A stretch of DNA of 64,000 nt, taken from IMG/VR virus record IMGVR_UViG_3300043395_001986, positions 173,308 to 237,307 of that record. One strand, written 5' to 3'. The position numbers and the translations under genes were made by a program. Shown here piece by piece: positions 63,596 to 64,000 of this stretch; positions within the stretch are counted from its first letter, which is position 1; every line of letters starts with the position of its first letter. The notes under the pieces are model-generated. The model ran no database searches, was not told where the DNA came from, and saw only the letters and a program-made list of their open reading frames with translations. This DNA is from a virus (Duplodnaviria; Heunggongvirae; Uroviricota; Caudoviricetes).

Positions 63596-63766
63596 ATGAA
63601 GGCAAATGTCACTACGGACGATATAAAGAGGATAGAGAGTGAACTGAATACAGCACTAACGGATACTCAAAGAGATACACTATTAAAAGAATATAATAGA
63701 GTAGTAACTGATAAGGCTGATGATTGGTATGATATTATTAAAGGATTAATAAAAGAACAATGTTAA
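63596..63766 (+). CDS. Unannotated small ORF (56 aa)
   Basis: MKANVTTDDIKRIESELNTALTDTQRDTLLKEYNRVVTDKADDWYDIIKGLIKEQC; ATGTTAA junction to a 36-aa TM peptide ORF 63762-63872. Confidence 0.3.
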   Translation: MKANVTTDDIKRIESELNTALTDTQRDTLLKEYNRVVTDKADDWYDIIKGLIKEQC

Positions 63767-64000
63767 AAGGAATACTGATACTAATGAGCATAGGAATACT
63801 ATGTATAGTTACTATAATAGGAGTTATAGATATGCTTCGTCAAATCAATAAGATAAAAGAAAACACTTAAAGAAAAAAAAATCTTTACAAAGTGGTATGA
63901 AAACGAAGCGAAAACCCGCAAAAGACAATATATAAAATAGAGAACACATAACAAAACCCACATACCATTATGAAGCACATCCTAAAAGAGTTACAAAGAA

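Noticed and set aside
1-64000. Eukaryotic giant-virus (NCLDV) origin, suggested by many glycosyltransferases and low GC
   Set aside because: Genes are terminated by bacterial rho-independent hairpins and carry bacterial lipoprotein lipoboxes and Sec leaders. They are preceded by Bacteroidota TAnnTTTG boxes and overlap via ATGA junctions. No NCLDV core genes or AAAATTGA-type promoters were seen.
1-64000. Integrated prophage or host chromosomal polysaccharide locus
   Set aside because: No integrase, att-like direct repeats, tRNA, transposase or bidirectional host-type gene organisation. The uniform single-strand, overlap-packed small-gene architecture with a phage ligase fits a virulent phage genome better. 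Cannot be fully excluded without flanking sequence.

Overview
AT-rich window (roughly 30% GC by eye) that is almost entirely protein-coding, with every credible gene on the + strand, tightly packed and often overlapping through ATGA or ATGxTAA junctions. Minus-strand ORFs in the track look like antisense artefacts. I read it as part of a large virulent dsDNA bacteriophage infecting a Bacteroidota (Flavobacteriia-like) host. It has a phage-type ATP-dependent DNA ligase, a CobT-like VWA plus CobS/MoxR-like AAA+ pair, an ImmA-like HExxH protein, a DksA/TraR zinc finger, SWIM zinc fingers, and NlpC/P60 and 3D-domain wall hydrolases. Transcript punctuation is bacterial: intrinsic terminators, many lipoprotein and Sec signal peptides ending ...FGQ/...AQ, and a recurring TAnnTTTG motif upstream of genes that matches the Bacteroidota sigma-A -7 box. 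Three blocks stand out. (1) Bases 1-11.9 kb, extending to 26.5 kb, form a glycan-modification island: 2 GT4 and 4 GT2 glycosyltransferases, a seven-member paralogous expansion of small SGNH/GDSL-type esterase/acyltransferase-like genes (two further copies at 54.4-55.8 kb), and a three-member unknown paralog family (two further copies sit next to a split HldE-like heptose-7-P kinase / heptose-1-P nucleotidyltransferase pair at 38.5-39.7 kb). (2) Bases 12.6-24.4 kb form a run of exported or envelope proteins: two large secreted proteins combining C-type-lectin, LCCL, dockerin-like and cohesin-like modules, two OM beta-barrel-like paralogs (one carrying a very long Ser/Ala then Lys/Glu low-complexity linker), twin small lipoproteins, membrane proteins, and a secreted DNA/RNA non-specific nuclease. 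(3) The remainder, 26.5-64 kb, is a phage 'early/auxiliary' region of many small ORFs including two further lineage-specific paralog families (five 'MLxIxN...' proteins, three 'MKKPxNF...' proteins). It also holds a ferredoxin, two SPFH/band-7 proteins, and two intergenic regions carrying arrays of TTGAT-N3-ATCAA-type inverted repeats that may mark an origin or operator. No rRNA, tRNA, CRISPR array, integrase or transposase was recognised. All functional calls are from motif-level reading of the translations without database searches.
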